DNA from: Eledone cirrhosa
Lineage: Eukaryota
Direction of reading: 5' to 3'
DNA length: 64,000 bases
Assembly: GCA_964016885.1 (NCBI GenBank)
Contig: OZ024742.1
Span: forward strand, 76,570,001-76,634,000
Below the pieces are notes generated by a model, which was not told where the DNA came from, did not search any database, and was given only the letters and a program-made list of their open reading frames with translations. Numbering within the stretch: the stretch's first letter is position 1; every line of letters begins with the position of its first letter. Below, piece by piece: positions 43,385-54,719 of this stretch. The translations under genes and the position numbers were made by a program.

Positions 43385-46300
43385 GATAAGCACTTTAACA
43401 GAAAATTAAAGTGGCTTAAACAGGCAAAGCTAAATCGGGATACTATAGAGTATACCAATAGATATCCCGACAAAATTGACGGTATCAACATGGCCGACAC
43501 CTCATTATCTGAAGAGTTCAACAATGAAAATACCAACATTTATGGAAACACGGAAATAGATAATAATGAAATGTCTGTATTACGTCTGCCACCCAAATTT
43601 GCGACATTCAAGAAGGTAAATATGATTAGTTGTCTGTCAGAAATAGAAAAATCATTTACAAAACTACGCTGGAGCATCAAAAACAAAAGCAACAATATAC
43701 GCACACACATATACTACACACATCCCAACAACAACAGACACACAGACACAAACAACAATAACAACAACAACAACAATAGCAACATACTCAGATACAACAA
43801 CAACAACAATAGCAACATACCCAGATACAATAACAACAGACACGCAGACACAAACAACAATAACAACACACACAGCAACGATAACACACACGGAGACAAC
43901 AATAACAACAACACACACATCAACAACAATAGCAACATACCCAGATACAACAACAACAGACACGCAGACACAAACAACAATAACAACACACACAACAACG
44001 ATAACACACACACACACGGAGACAACAACAAAACACATCAACAACAACACACATCAACAACAACAACACACACGCATTCAATGCCTCTCACCACCACCAC
44101 AATCTTAACAAACACACAGACACAGAAAACAAGTAATGACAGTAGCACAGAAATCAGAGAAATAAGAGAAAGTAATAGGATTAAACAGAAAAGGAGATGG
44201 GAGACTAAGGACAAAGAGAATAACCAAGACGAACACACAGACAGACAAAATAGGGTAGATAACAACATTGAGCCAGTGGAAAGAGACAGGAGTAATTATG
44301 AGAGACATAGAAACAACCATGAAGCTGAGGCTGCTGTTGTTGGTGGAAATAGAAACAACACAACCAACAATAACAATAGCACTAGTACACATAAAGCAGC
44401 AGCCTGGAACTCTCCGTTTTATAACCCCTCCGATAAATCATTCGACCTACGACGAGTTCACGCCACGACTTTGCCATTTAACAAACGCACGCAGTTGCCA
44501 TCGCAGGTCGATGAACAAACAGAAGCACAATTTAGTATAGCTAAATCCGAACTTAGAAATATTATAGAACAGTATAGCAAGAAGCATAATAGAATAGAGG
44601 CCCAGCAACTGGGAGAAGAATCTGCAAATGGCTTGCGTAAGCTCATGCAGCGCTCGCGTAATGTAGAGATAGCATGTTTTCCAACAGACAAGTCTGGCAG
44701 AATGTCGGTTGACAGCCTGCCAAACTACATCCAGGCAATGCAACCCCACATCACTAACACAAGAGAGGTAACATCACAGGAGCATGAGGATAGAGAAAAA
44801 GCCCTCAATGCCCATATGGTGATGTGGACAAATATAATGCAGCCCAACAAAAGGACTGCCAACAACTTCCAGGCCTGGAACAATGACGTGCCGGCGTTGT
44901 ATGGGCTTCGAAAAGACCATAAAACGGGCTGGGACCCTGTCACGGGACCACCAACACGACCAGTCTGTGGGGCTAACATTGCTAGTAACTACAGACTGTC
45001 CTACTTCCTCTCCCTGATCATACGCCCCATCATTGAGATGTCCCCAGATGTGTGTGACAGCACGGAGGCCCTCCTCAGCAGAATCGGCGCGGGTAACCGA
45101 TCTGGGGACCTAACAAACTGCATAATAGGCAGTATGGATGTTGTGTCCCTGTACCCATCTATTGACGTGGATTTTGCTGTGGAGAAATGCGTAGAAATGA
45201 TCAGCGAGAGCAAGGTTGAGTTCCGTGGGATTGATACCAGTGAGCTGGGACTTCTACTTAAGCTTACCCATAGTAATAGTTACCTAGACACTTATGACCT
45301 TAGCAACCTGTGCCCTACAAGACCAGCAAGAGGCAGACCACCTACCATTACCTCAATGGCCAAGAAAACCCACACAGATAGATGGAACGGGTGGACCAGA
45401 GCCATACGGACAAACGAAAACCACGATGAACTGAAGAAAATGATTGCACATGCGGTAGGGGCCAGCATAAAATTAACCCTTAAGGAACATATGTTTCCAA
45501 TTTAATGGTAAAACATATGCCCAAGAGAAAGGAGCAGCCATTGGTGTTAGCATTGCAGGCGACATAGCTAACTTATTCATGGTATGGTGGGACAGTAGAC
45601 TTAAACAAAAACTTAATGAACAATTAGAAGACAGCTTAACCCTGATAATGTACTCCCGCTACGCAGATGATATAAACATCGTAGTTAAGACACCCCCACT
45701 AAAGAACAGACAGGAACTAGAGAAAAACACAATGGAAAGCATCCAGCAAATAGCAAACTCCATCCACCAGAGCATTAGAGTTACTATAGACTACCCAAGT
45801 AGACATCCCAACCATCGATTACCTGTACTAGACACAGAGCTCTGGTTAGATACCATTAACAATCAAAAACAAATCCTCCATTCCCATTATGCCAAACCCA
45901 TGACTTCCAAACATCTGATCCACCGAAACTCGGCCATTTCGGACCATACCAAAATCAACATACTGATTGCGGATTTGGTACGGGTGATGAGAAATGTGTC
46001 CCGCATGTGCAACCCCGAAGAACTAGAGAGACACATACAACACTTCATCCACCGTATGCAGTTCTCTGGCTACAATCAGAGAGATAGAATCAGAGTGTAT
46101 AAAGGAGCCAGAACCAAATGGGAAAAAATGGTAAATAATGACATAAATGGGACCTGCCCCTTGTATAGGAGCAAATTTTGGAATAGAATAGAAAGAACTA
46201 AGAACAAGGCCAATAGAATAAACTCATGGTATGATAGCAATAAATACCAGAGTGTAATGTTCATCAATACAACCCCTAGAGGCGAACTAGCCTACAAATT

Positions 46301-46856
46301 TAGAAGGGCCCTAAATAAACATAATCTCAATATTAAGATAGTAGAAAGACCTGGTACCTCCGTAAAAACACTTATTAGCAAGACATACCCGTTCCAAAGA
46401 CCCTCATGTATAGATAAGAAATGTATAACCTGTAAAATAAGCCCCCATATTAACTGTAAAACTAGAAATGTAGTGTATAGCATAAGATGTACTGAAGGAC
46501 AATGTAGAAACAAAAATATAGTGTACATAGGTGAGACAGCTCGTAGTATAGGGGAACGAATAAATGAACACTGGCGAGACCTCCAAGATAATAAAGAATC
46601 ATCTGTGCTCTACCAACATGCTAAGATAGAACACAGGGGTAGATTAGAGAGCATAGAAATAAAAATAGAATCCACGCACAGAAAAGACGCAATGTTTAGG
46701 CAAATTACAGAGGCAGTAAGCATAAAATAATTAAAACCAAAATTAAATAGAAAATATGAGTGGAACAGCAACATCACAACTTACAATTACGGACAAAATG
46801 AAAACACACACACACATAGAACAAACAACTTACAATTGAAAACACACACAAAATGA
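43385..46856 (+). CDS. PLE polyprotein: reverse transcriptase plus C-terminal GIY-YIG endonuclease; 5'-truncated, one frameshift (about 45496) and one premature stop (46728-46730)
   Basis: Motifs LPPKF, TDKSG, LYGLRKDHK, RPV, SMDVVSLYPSID, QEKGAAIG, YSRYADD, LPVLDTELW, CIDKKCITC and VVYSIRC...YIGETAR...ERINEH...QH. The frame is open upstream of ATG 43490 back to the inversion junction. Confidence 0.93.
43780..44030 (+). repeat. In-frame 120-bp tandem duplication encoding an Asn/His/Thr-rich tract
   Basis: 43801-43860 and 43921-43980 differ at one base. Confidence 0.9.
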
Positions 46857-47066
46857 AAACACACACAGGAAAAAATGAAAACACACACACACATAGAACA
46901 AACAACCAACCAACAATAAATAAATAAACAAATAGTAAAATGAACACAAACACACACAGACACCCGGATGTGGCACATGCGCAAACTGAGCACACAACAC
47001 ACACACAGAAACAAAATGGCGTAGGATAGAAGAAAAAAAAGGCACAGAAACGAAGAAAGGAATCCC

Positions 47067-47113
47067 TAGTCACTGAAGAGGTCACATAGTGTGTGACGAA
47101 AGGACTATGACTA
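47067..47113 (+). ncRNA. Minimal type-I hammerhead ribozyme motif in PLE 3' pLTR
   Basis: TAGTCA-CTGAAGA-G-GTCACA-tagtg-TGTGAC-GAAA-gga-CTA-TGACTA. Stems I and II are 6 bp each, stem III is 2 bp; predicted cleavage after A47107. Confidence 0.8.
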
Positions 47114-47279
47114 TATATATAAACAACTATCTGGTTGTGGAACCAACCAACCAACCAGAAATTTATAATTTATAAGTTTGTAGATTTGTAAATTTATAAA
47201 TTTATAAATATATAATAAATTGAAGTGAAAGCATCTGGTGCGTGTGTTTCTTATTGGCAACATGACCCTCCCAAAGTAT

Positions 47280-47287
<8 letters not shown>

Positions 47288-47350
<63 letters not shown>

Positions 47351-47358
47351 TATATATA

Positions 47359-47403
<45 letters not shown>

Positions 47404-47409
47404 TATATA

Positions 47410-47500
<91 letters not shown>
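47288..47500. repeat. (TA)n microsatellite between two fold-back elements
   Basis: Direct reading. Confidence 0.95.
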
Positions 47501-47502
<2 letters not shown>

Positions 47503-47655
47503 CAAGATGTATGGTAAGTCGTACGTAAATCGCGATGATCACGCCTGACCTGCCAAATATGCGACGGTAGCTAGTTAAGCTCTATGCGTATAAGCAGAGC
47601 AGAAATATTAAGGAAAAAGAATAAAGGAACTTTTATGGCATTATAACAAGTTTAT

Positions 47656-47702
47656 TGCCGACAGCCGTTTCGTCCGACCATATGGTGGGACTTTTCAAGG
47701 CA
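47656..47702 (-). ncRNA. Hammerhead ribozyme motif, U3-A8 core (family C, inverted arm)
   Basis: Reverse complement of 49371-49417. Confidence 0.85.
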
Positions 47703-49370
47703 TATAACAGGTAATTGTAAGTTCATTATTTTCATCAACGTTTCACTCAAGATTAGCAGTTTGAAATCGTGGTATACATCAACAGCTCAGCTTGTTTATC
47801 TGGGGTCTATATTCTAAGGGGGCTCTTTTATAATAGTTGTAGGACTTGTAAAAGGGATGGGTTAGAGGGAATTAAGAGAATTTGAAAAGGGCCTAAAAGT
47901 TAGGGATTGAAGGTTAAAAATTAAAGAATTTATAACTTTCGCATTAAAAGTAAAAGACTTGGGATCCCTTAAAAGCACCTTAAAAAACACCTCAATATGC
48001 GCATAAAGCTTATAAGCCCCAATAAACCTAAAAAAACAGAAGAGATTAAGAGAATAAAAAAATAAAAGGTTTCCTAAAAAATTACTTCAAAAAAAATTTT
48101 TCTAAAGAATCCCCTTAAAAAAAATTGAAGAAAATTTTCGAACATTTAATAATCCCTACGAAAGTTCTAAACTTAAAAATTAAAAATTAAAAATTACGGA
48201 AAAAAAATACTTTCAAAAAGATTTAAGAGGTTAATAAAGTTAATGATTTAAGGAATACATAATATAAATACATTTTATAATTATTGTCTTTTTACTTATA
48301 TATTTTCTTACTCATCATTTTCTTTAATCTTCGAGCCCAACTTGATAAGCTCTTTGAAAAGCTCCTTAATTAGATTACTTAAATTACTTTATTTGTTATA
48401 CCTAAGTTGTTGTATGTGTTGAAGCAGCCCTTTGGAAATTCCTCGGATCTCCCAAATTGCGTAATTTTTAATTTGTAATTTTCCTCAATTCATTTATATA
48501 TATTTTTAAAGGTTCTCTAAATTTTTTTCTTTGAGGGGTCTTTCGGAAGAGGTTGTTATTAAAAATATTAAAAAAGCCTTTTCTGAAGGATTTTTTGAAG
48601 GCTTTTTGAATTAACCTTTAATTGATTCATTTCTTTCTTAATTTTTAAATTTAATGTTCAACCTCTTAATCTTTAATTTTTAATCTTGGATATATAAGAT
48701 TTCTTAATCTTGGATATATAAGATTTCTTAATCTTAAATTCATTAAATTTTTTAATTTCTGGGTTCGGAACTCTTAAACTTCAAATCCTAACTTAAATCT
48801 TAATCTTTATATTATGTATTCCCTAAATCATTAACTTTATTAACCTCTTAAATCTTTTAGAAAGTATTTTTTTTCCATAATTTTTAATTTTTAATTTTTA
48901 AGTTTAGAACTTTCGTAGGGATTATTAAATCTTCGTATTTTTCTTGAATTTTTTTTAAGGGAATTTTTTAGAAAAATGTTTTTTGAAGTAATTTTTTAGG
49001 AAACCTTTTATTTTTTTATTCTCTTAATGTCTTCTGTTTTTTTAGGTTTATTGGGGCTTATAAGCTTTATGCGCTTATTGAGGTGTTTTTTAAGGTGCTT
49101 TTAAGGGATCCCAAGTCTTTTACTTTTAATGCGTAACTTATAAATTCTTTAATTTTTAACCTTCAATCCCTAACTTTTAGGCCCTTTTCAAATTCTCTTA
49201 ATTCCCTCTAAACAATCCCTTTTACAACTCCTACAACTATTATAAAAGAGCCCCCTTAGAATATAGACCCCAGATAAGCAAGCTGAGCTGTTGATGTATA
49301 CCACGATTTCAAAGTGCTAATCATGAGTGAAACGTTGATGAAAATAATGAACTTACAATTACCTGTTATA

Positions 49371-49417
49371 TGCCTTGAAAAGTCCCACCATATGGTCGGA
49401 CGAAACGGCTGTCGGCA
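49371..49417 (+). ncRNA. Hammerhead ribozyme motif, U3-A8 core (family C)
   Basis: TGCC-TTGAAAA-GTCC-cACCAtaTGGTc-GGAC-GAAA-C-ggct-GTC-GGCA; canonical GUC triplet, predicted cleavage after C49413. Confidence 0.85.
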
Positions 49418-49464
49418 ATAAACTTGTTATAATGCTATAAAAGTTCCTTTATTCTTTTTCCTTA

Positions 49465-49496
<32 letters not shown>

Positions 49497-50363
49497 TATA
49501 TACATATATATATACAATGTATATATATATATATTATGTGTGATTGTAGTTCGTGTAACAATTATTTTAAGTTAATTTAAGAGACAGACAATTAAAAAAT
49601 TATAAACGGTCGGTGTTTAGCAATTTCACTAGCATGATATTAAAAGTGACATTTTGATTTATTACGAAAATCATTTGGCTGACCATTCGACAATTTTATT
49701 GCCTTGTATTTGTTTATCAGGTTTAATTGTTTAATTATTTAATCACTCATTTAGTTATCTAATTTTATTTGTGTGATCGGGTAAAAGTATATATTTGCCC
49801 TCGTTCCTTTCCAGTCTCTTAATGATGAACGATTTCAGTTGTCTTATAAAAAAGTCTCCCTTGATCAGCTCGGTTTCTATGAGGCGCTATGTTGCGAGCA
49901 TTGTGACTCTGAGACTTTCTTTCCGAATATAATGACAGTTTTCCGGAAAAAATGAGGAATTAGTAGTGAGGTTTTTCTTAATCAGGAGTCAAATATTGCT
50001 GCCGGGCAGCAAATATTATACTTAATCTATACACTAATTATGCAGGCAACACCCCGTTCTCCTGAAAGGGCAGTTGCTGAACAAATATGTTTTAGTCATT
50101 GAGGGGTTGTTTCCTGAATAGATATATTTTTACGGGAGGGGGGGTCCCAATTGGGTCAGTTGGACATCGAGGCCCTCCCTCCCTATGTCCATGGGGTTAG
50201 CACTGGTCGTCTTTTTGTCATGCTGTTATATCTACCTTGGCTCTATGGATATAAATATATATAAAAATATATATATATATATATAGCCAATGAACAAAAC
50301 AAATACAAGGAGTGCAGTACGAACAGTGTTGATATTATGTTCACGCTTGAGAGTGTGTGTGGG

Positions 50364-50399
50364 GGGTGACGTTTCGGGCATAAGCCCTTCATTAGAAGA
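50364..50399 (-). ncRNA. Hammerhead remnant (family E-like)
   Basis: Minus strand TCTT-CTAATGA-a-GGGC-ttat-GCCC-GAAA-C-GTC. G5 is mutated and the 3' strand of stem I is lost. The flank ATATTA.GTT.ACGCTTGA is shared with 34213-34231. Confidence 0.55.
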
Positions 50400-52188
50400 C
50401 AGGTGGCAAGGAAAAGAGTTCCGAGAAGATGTGAGGGGGGGGGGCACATTAAAATAAAGAAAAGAAAATTTATATGAAGGAAAAGAAATTAAAAAGAAGG
50501 AAACAACATTAAAATGAAAACAAGTGGTGAAAGGGTGTCAGACGTGTAGAGGTGGTGCTGGGTGGATGGAGGGGGAGGGATAGGGGAGAAGGATAATAGG
50601 GGGCCACAGCGGTGAGGGTGGAAAGTGGTGTGTGTGTATGCGTGTAGGTGTACGTGTTTGTGTGTATGCGTGGATGTGAATGTGAGAGTTTGTGGGAGAA
50701 CGGGATTCCATGCTCGTGTATTAGGAAAACCAGTGTGTACATGGGGTGGGATGTAAGTCTATGGTGGATGTGCGTGTGGATGGAGAGGGGTCGGAAGGGG
50801 TGGGGTAGAGGATCCTGCGGAGTCCGGAGGTAGAGTAGGTGTATGTGAGCATATGCACGTGTGTGATTGTTTGTTGTGTGGTGTGAATACGATGGAATGT
50901 ATGGTCCCGTGTATGCGAAAATGGTGTAAGTGTTTGTGTGTGTGTTCCTGAATGTATATCCGGTGAGTGTGTGGACAGATGGTGAAGTTCCGGGTATTAA
51001 AAGGTAGATATCCAGAGATTGTGACCAACGGTGTGGGATCCGTGTAATTGGTTAGGAGGAAGTAGAAAGTTGTGCGGCGCGCGCAAAAGGAAGTGGTCAA
51101 GAAGGTCAATACAGGGGGAGGAGAGGTCAGAGCGAATGATGCGAGAGAGAATGAGAGAGAGGAGATAGCAGTCAAGAGGGTGTGAAAGAGTCGGGCAGTG
51201 GTAGTTGGCAGGTGATTCCTGTATGTGCGTGTAGAATGTGTGTGTCTCTGTGTGCGGAGGTGCGGTGGACAGGAGAGGTGGTGGGTCAGGGTGAACATTT
51301 GAGGGAGAGGGGGCGGTGGGTATAGGGGGAGTTTGTATATTCGTGGAGGTGTTAGTAGGATGTGTGTGGGGGGTTGTTGGTAGTATGCGAGAGAGAGAAG
51401 GTGGTGGGTATTGTATGAGTGAGTGTAATATACTGGTGTGTGTGTGTGTGCGTGTATGGTTGTCAGTGTGTGTGTGTGTGTATGGTAGGGTGGGTGTTAG
51501 TATTTTTAGTGTGTGGTGGGGGTTAGTGGTGATAGTGCGGGTGTAGAGTGGGTTGTGTAACGGTGTGTACGTAGGTGTGGGTGAGTATATATATGCTGGT
51601 GTGTGTTCGTGTGTGCGTTTTGAGAGGAAAGTGGGTTGTGGGTGTTTAGTGTTATTATTGGTGGGGTGGTCGAATGTGGGTGCGTATGTTATAGGGGAGG
51701 GGTGGGGTGAACCAACGTGTGGTGGTAGCTGGAAATGGAGGGGAGTATGAATCTTGGGAGTGTATTAGTGGTGTGTGTGGGGGGAGGGGAACGGTCGTAG
51801 GCTAAAGGAAGAGGGTGGGGAGTTCAGGCTTTGAAGAAGGTGGGAAAATCTTTAAAAAATCAGATTTTCAAAGTTAATGCAAACATAAATTGTAAAACAA
51901 AACAGGAAAGTTAAGCAGGAACGTTTAAAAATCTCCCCACCGAAGTTAACAAAGAACTTACTACAAAACCAAATTGTAAATTCATATTATTATAAAATTA
52001 AACATACATTGCGACTAGAAATAGGGAGTCTACAGCATGTATTGCAAACTTTACCCATCGTATTTACTCTCAAACGCACAAACGTACGCCTGCGCGCACA
52101 CACTTATATTATTATATATATATGTATATTTATTTCCTCCCTCTCATTTTATATATATATATGTATGTTTATTTTCTCTCTCTCTCAT

Positions 52189-52219
<31 letters not shown>

Positions 52220-52227
52220 ATATATAC

Positions 52228-52301
<74 letters not shown>

Positions 52302-52416
52302 GAGAGAGTGAGAGAATATAATATTTATTATCTATACACCTATTTTTATTCCTGTCATATTTAATACGGTGTATTCGCCTGCCTAACATTTAACCATATA
52401 AGCAACGGTCACTAAT

Positions 52417-52602
52417 AATTGTTTCTACTTAAGGCACAAGGCCAGCAATTACCTAGTACATTACTGGTACTTTATTTCATCGACCCCGTAAGGATGAAAG
52501 GCAAAGTCAACCTCGGCGGGATTTGAACTCAGATCGTAAAGGGACGTAACTCTATGCTTCAAAGCATGGAGTCCGACCCTCTACCGATACTGCCAATCCG
52601 CC
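52417..52602 (-). mobile_element. Full-length Nin-domain tRNA-SINE with 17-bp TSD
   Basis: A and B boxes plus core; TSD CAACGGTCACTAATAAT at 52403-52419 and 52602-52618. Confidence 0.9.
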
Positions 52603-53371
52603 AACGGTCACTAATAATGTATGTGAAAAAGCACGAAGTAACTGCAATGTTGAATATAAAGAAAAATGAATAAACGTTATAATCAGCTACTCTGTACCAC
52701 GTAGAATTATTATTATTATTATTGATTGCTACGGTTGACGGAGACTCGGCTCTGTAAGGTATTGTAAATTTTGAACGCTATAACAATTGTAAATTGTTTA
52801 AAACTTGTAGACAAAAACACCCTCCTCCTCGTGAGAGGGGTATTTCTGCCCGTTATTTGGCCCTTCGGGGTTAAATAACTGCTTATTGGGGTTTTGTACC
52901 CAATATTTATTTTAAACAAAAAAAAACAACATGGCTACAAAAAAGAATTTTCATAGGTCACTCCCACTCATTCCGTCTTCTTCTTCCTCAATCGTCAATA
53001 CAGCAGAGAGAAGATTGTCTCTCTCCCTCCCTTCTTTAAATGTGTCTCTCTCCATCCCTTCTCTTTCGCAAGCGACGACAGAAAAGAAAAGTCTCGTGCA
53101 AAGCGTGCAAGATTTCTCCACGACGATGAAACAGGTGTGCGGGAAATACGAAAACCCATTTCATTCGTCTGACGTCAGGAATAATAGCAGTAGCAGCCGT
53201 AATAACAACAGCAACAGTGACAATGAAAACAACAGTAGCAGCCGCAACAGCATCAGCAGCAGCATAAACAACAACAGCATTAGCAGCAGCAACAACAACA
53301 ACAACCACAGCAACAGCGGCGGCGGCAGTAGTCGTAGTACCTGCAGCAACAACAAAAGTAACAGCAGCTCT

Positions 53372-54030
53372 GACGACTTTGTATTTCTCCTATACGCGGG
53401 TTTCCTGGGATTTGCGATAAGTAATCATTAGACCTCTTAGGTATCATTCCCAGAGCGCCTACAACCACTGGTATTGTTTTAGTTCTCAATTTCCACATTT
53501 TTCCAATTTCTATCTCCAGGTCCTTATACTTGCTCAATTTTTCAAATGTTTTTATAGATACATTCTTGTCTATTGGAACGGACATATCAATTAGCAGGCA
53601 TACCCTCTTTTTAAAGTCCTTCAATATTATATCAGGTCTATTTGCATCTATTTTTCGGTCTGTTTGGATGCTAAAGTTCCACAATATTGAGATGTGATCT
53701 TTTTCAAGTATGGAAGGTGGTTGATGCTCCCACCAATTCTTTTGATGGGGCAGGTCAAAATGCTTACACATTATCCAATGTATGTATTGTGCAGCTCTGT
53801 CTTGCCTGTTTAGGTATTCGGTTGGAGCTATAGGACTGCACATTGAAATTATATGGTCAATGGTCTCTGGTTGTTTTTTGCATACACGGCATAATGGGCT
53901 GCATCCATTTTTTATTATGTTGGCTTGGTAATTTTTTGTTGGCAGACACTGATCTTGTGCTGATATAATCAGTCCTTCAGTCTCCGATTTCAGTCCAGAG
54001 GATGCCAACCACTGATGGGTTAAAGTTTTT
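53372..54030 (-). mobile_element. R4/Dong-type non-LTR retrotransposon 3' fragment (CCHC knuckle plus restriction-like endonuclease)
   Basis: Open frame ETEGLIISAQDQ, CRVC....ETIDHIISMC, NRPDII, IDMSVP, EKLSKYKDL, IPVVVGALG. Confidence 0.9.
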
Positions 54031-54031
54031 A

Positions 54032-54151
54032 TTTCTTCTTCTTCTTCTTCTTCTTCTTCTTCTTCTTCTTCTTCTTCTTCTTCTTCTTCTTCTTCTTCTT
54101 CTTCTTCTTCTTCTTCTTCTTCTTCTTCTTCTTCTTCTTCTTCTTCTTCTT
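54032..54151. repeat. (TTC)n microsatellite
   Basis: Direct reading. Confidence 0.95.
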
Positions 54152-54154
54152 TCC

Positions 54155-54690
54155 AGGACGGAGTCATCAATAAATATACATGGTTTAAGAGGAATCAGGG
54201 ATAGAGATCAATAGTTGGTTTCGTTATTGTCACTTATCTCTTCAATTTGTGTTCTGAGAGGGGCTGAGCTGTCAACAGATCACCATCTTGTTATCTGCAA
54301 CTTGGGGTTACATAATAAAGCCAATGAAGCCCCCAACACTGACAGGTCGAGAATGATCTACCGGATAAAGTGGAAAGCGATGGTGGATAAGGAGGTCAGG
54401 ACTAGCTATGCAGACACTATAACATCCAAATTCTGAGAACGCACTGAATAAACTTAGGACATTGAGACAGAGTGGAGATTTATATCATCTCAACAACTTC
54501 TGCTTTTGATGTTAAATGCTGCAGTCGAAAGTCGCTTGGTGTGTCGCCGGATGGCTGGATGATCGCATGGTTCAATGAAATGGTCAAATATCACTTCCCA
54601 GCAAAGATGGAGGCCCACATAGCAAGCCTTCAAAATATGTCTCCAAAGTTGAGGTCACAAAATCAGTTAGAATGTATGGTGAAATCAAAT
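54155..54690 (+). mobile_element. RTE-clade LINE fragment (end of AP endonuclease and linker)
   Basis: Translations VLRGAELSTDHHLVICNL and AWFNEMVK. Confidence 0.7.
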
Positions 54691-54719
54691 TAAAAGAATA
54701 CATACACTTACATAATTAC

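Larger units (their letters stand above)
42412..47287 (+). mobile_element. Penelope-like retroelement (family A, copy 2), young, with 5' inverted duplication of its 3' end
   Basis: RT plus GIY-YIG ORF. 42469-43382 is the reverse complement of 46374-47287 (914 bp, only a few mismatches). 57-bp extension at 42412-42468; flanked by (TA)n. Confidence 0.97.
47501..49468 (+). mobile_element. Non-coding hammerhead-bearing fold-back element (family C)
   Basis: Roughly 663-bp inverted arms 47605-48268 and 48806-49468, a spacer of about 540 bp and an extension of about 104 bp at 47501-47604. (TA)n on both sides; no ORF. Confidence 0.9.

Noticed and set aside
43700-44100. CRISPR-like or other regularly spaced array
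   Set aside because: Low-complexity coding tandem repeat in a eukaryotic retroelement; no unique spacers.
45490-45510. Programmed frameshift between the 671-aa and 383-aa ORFs
   Set aside because: Copy 1 reads through in one frame (MFKFNGK); this is a single-base insertion or sequencing error.
52008-52070. Short repeat shared with 57920-57984 (reverse complement)
   Set aside because: A real dispersed repeat fragment, but too short to classify and with no structural signal.
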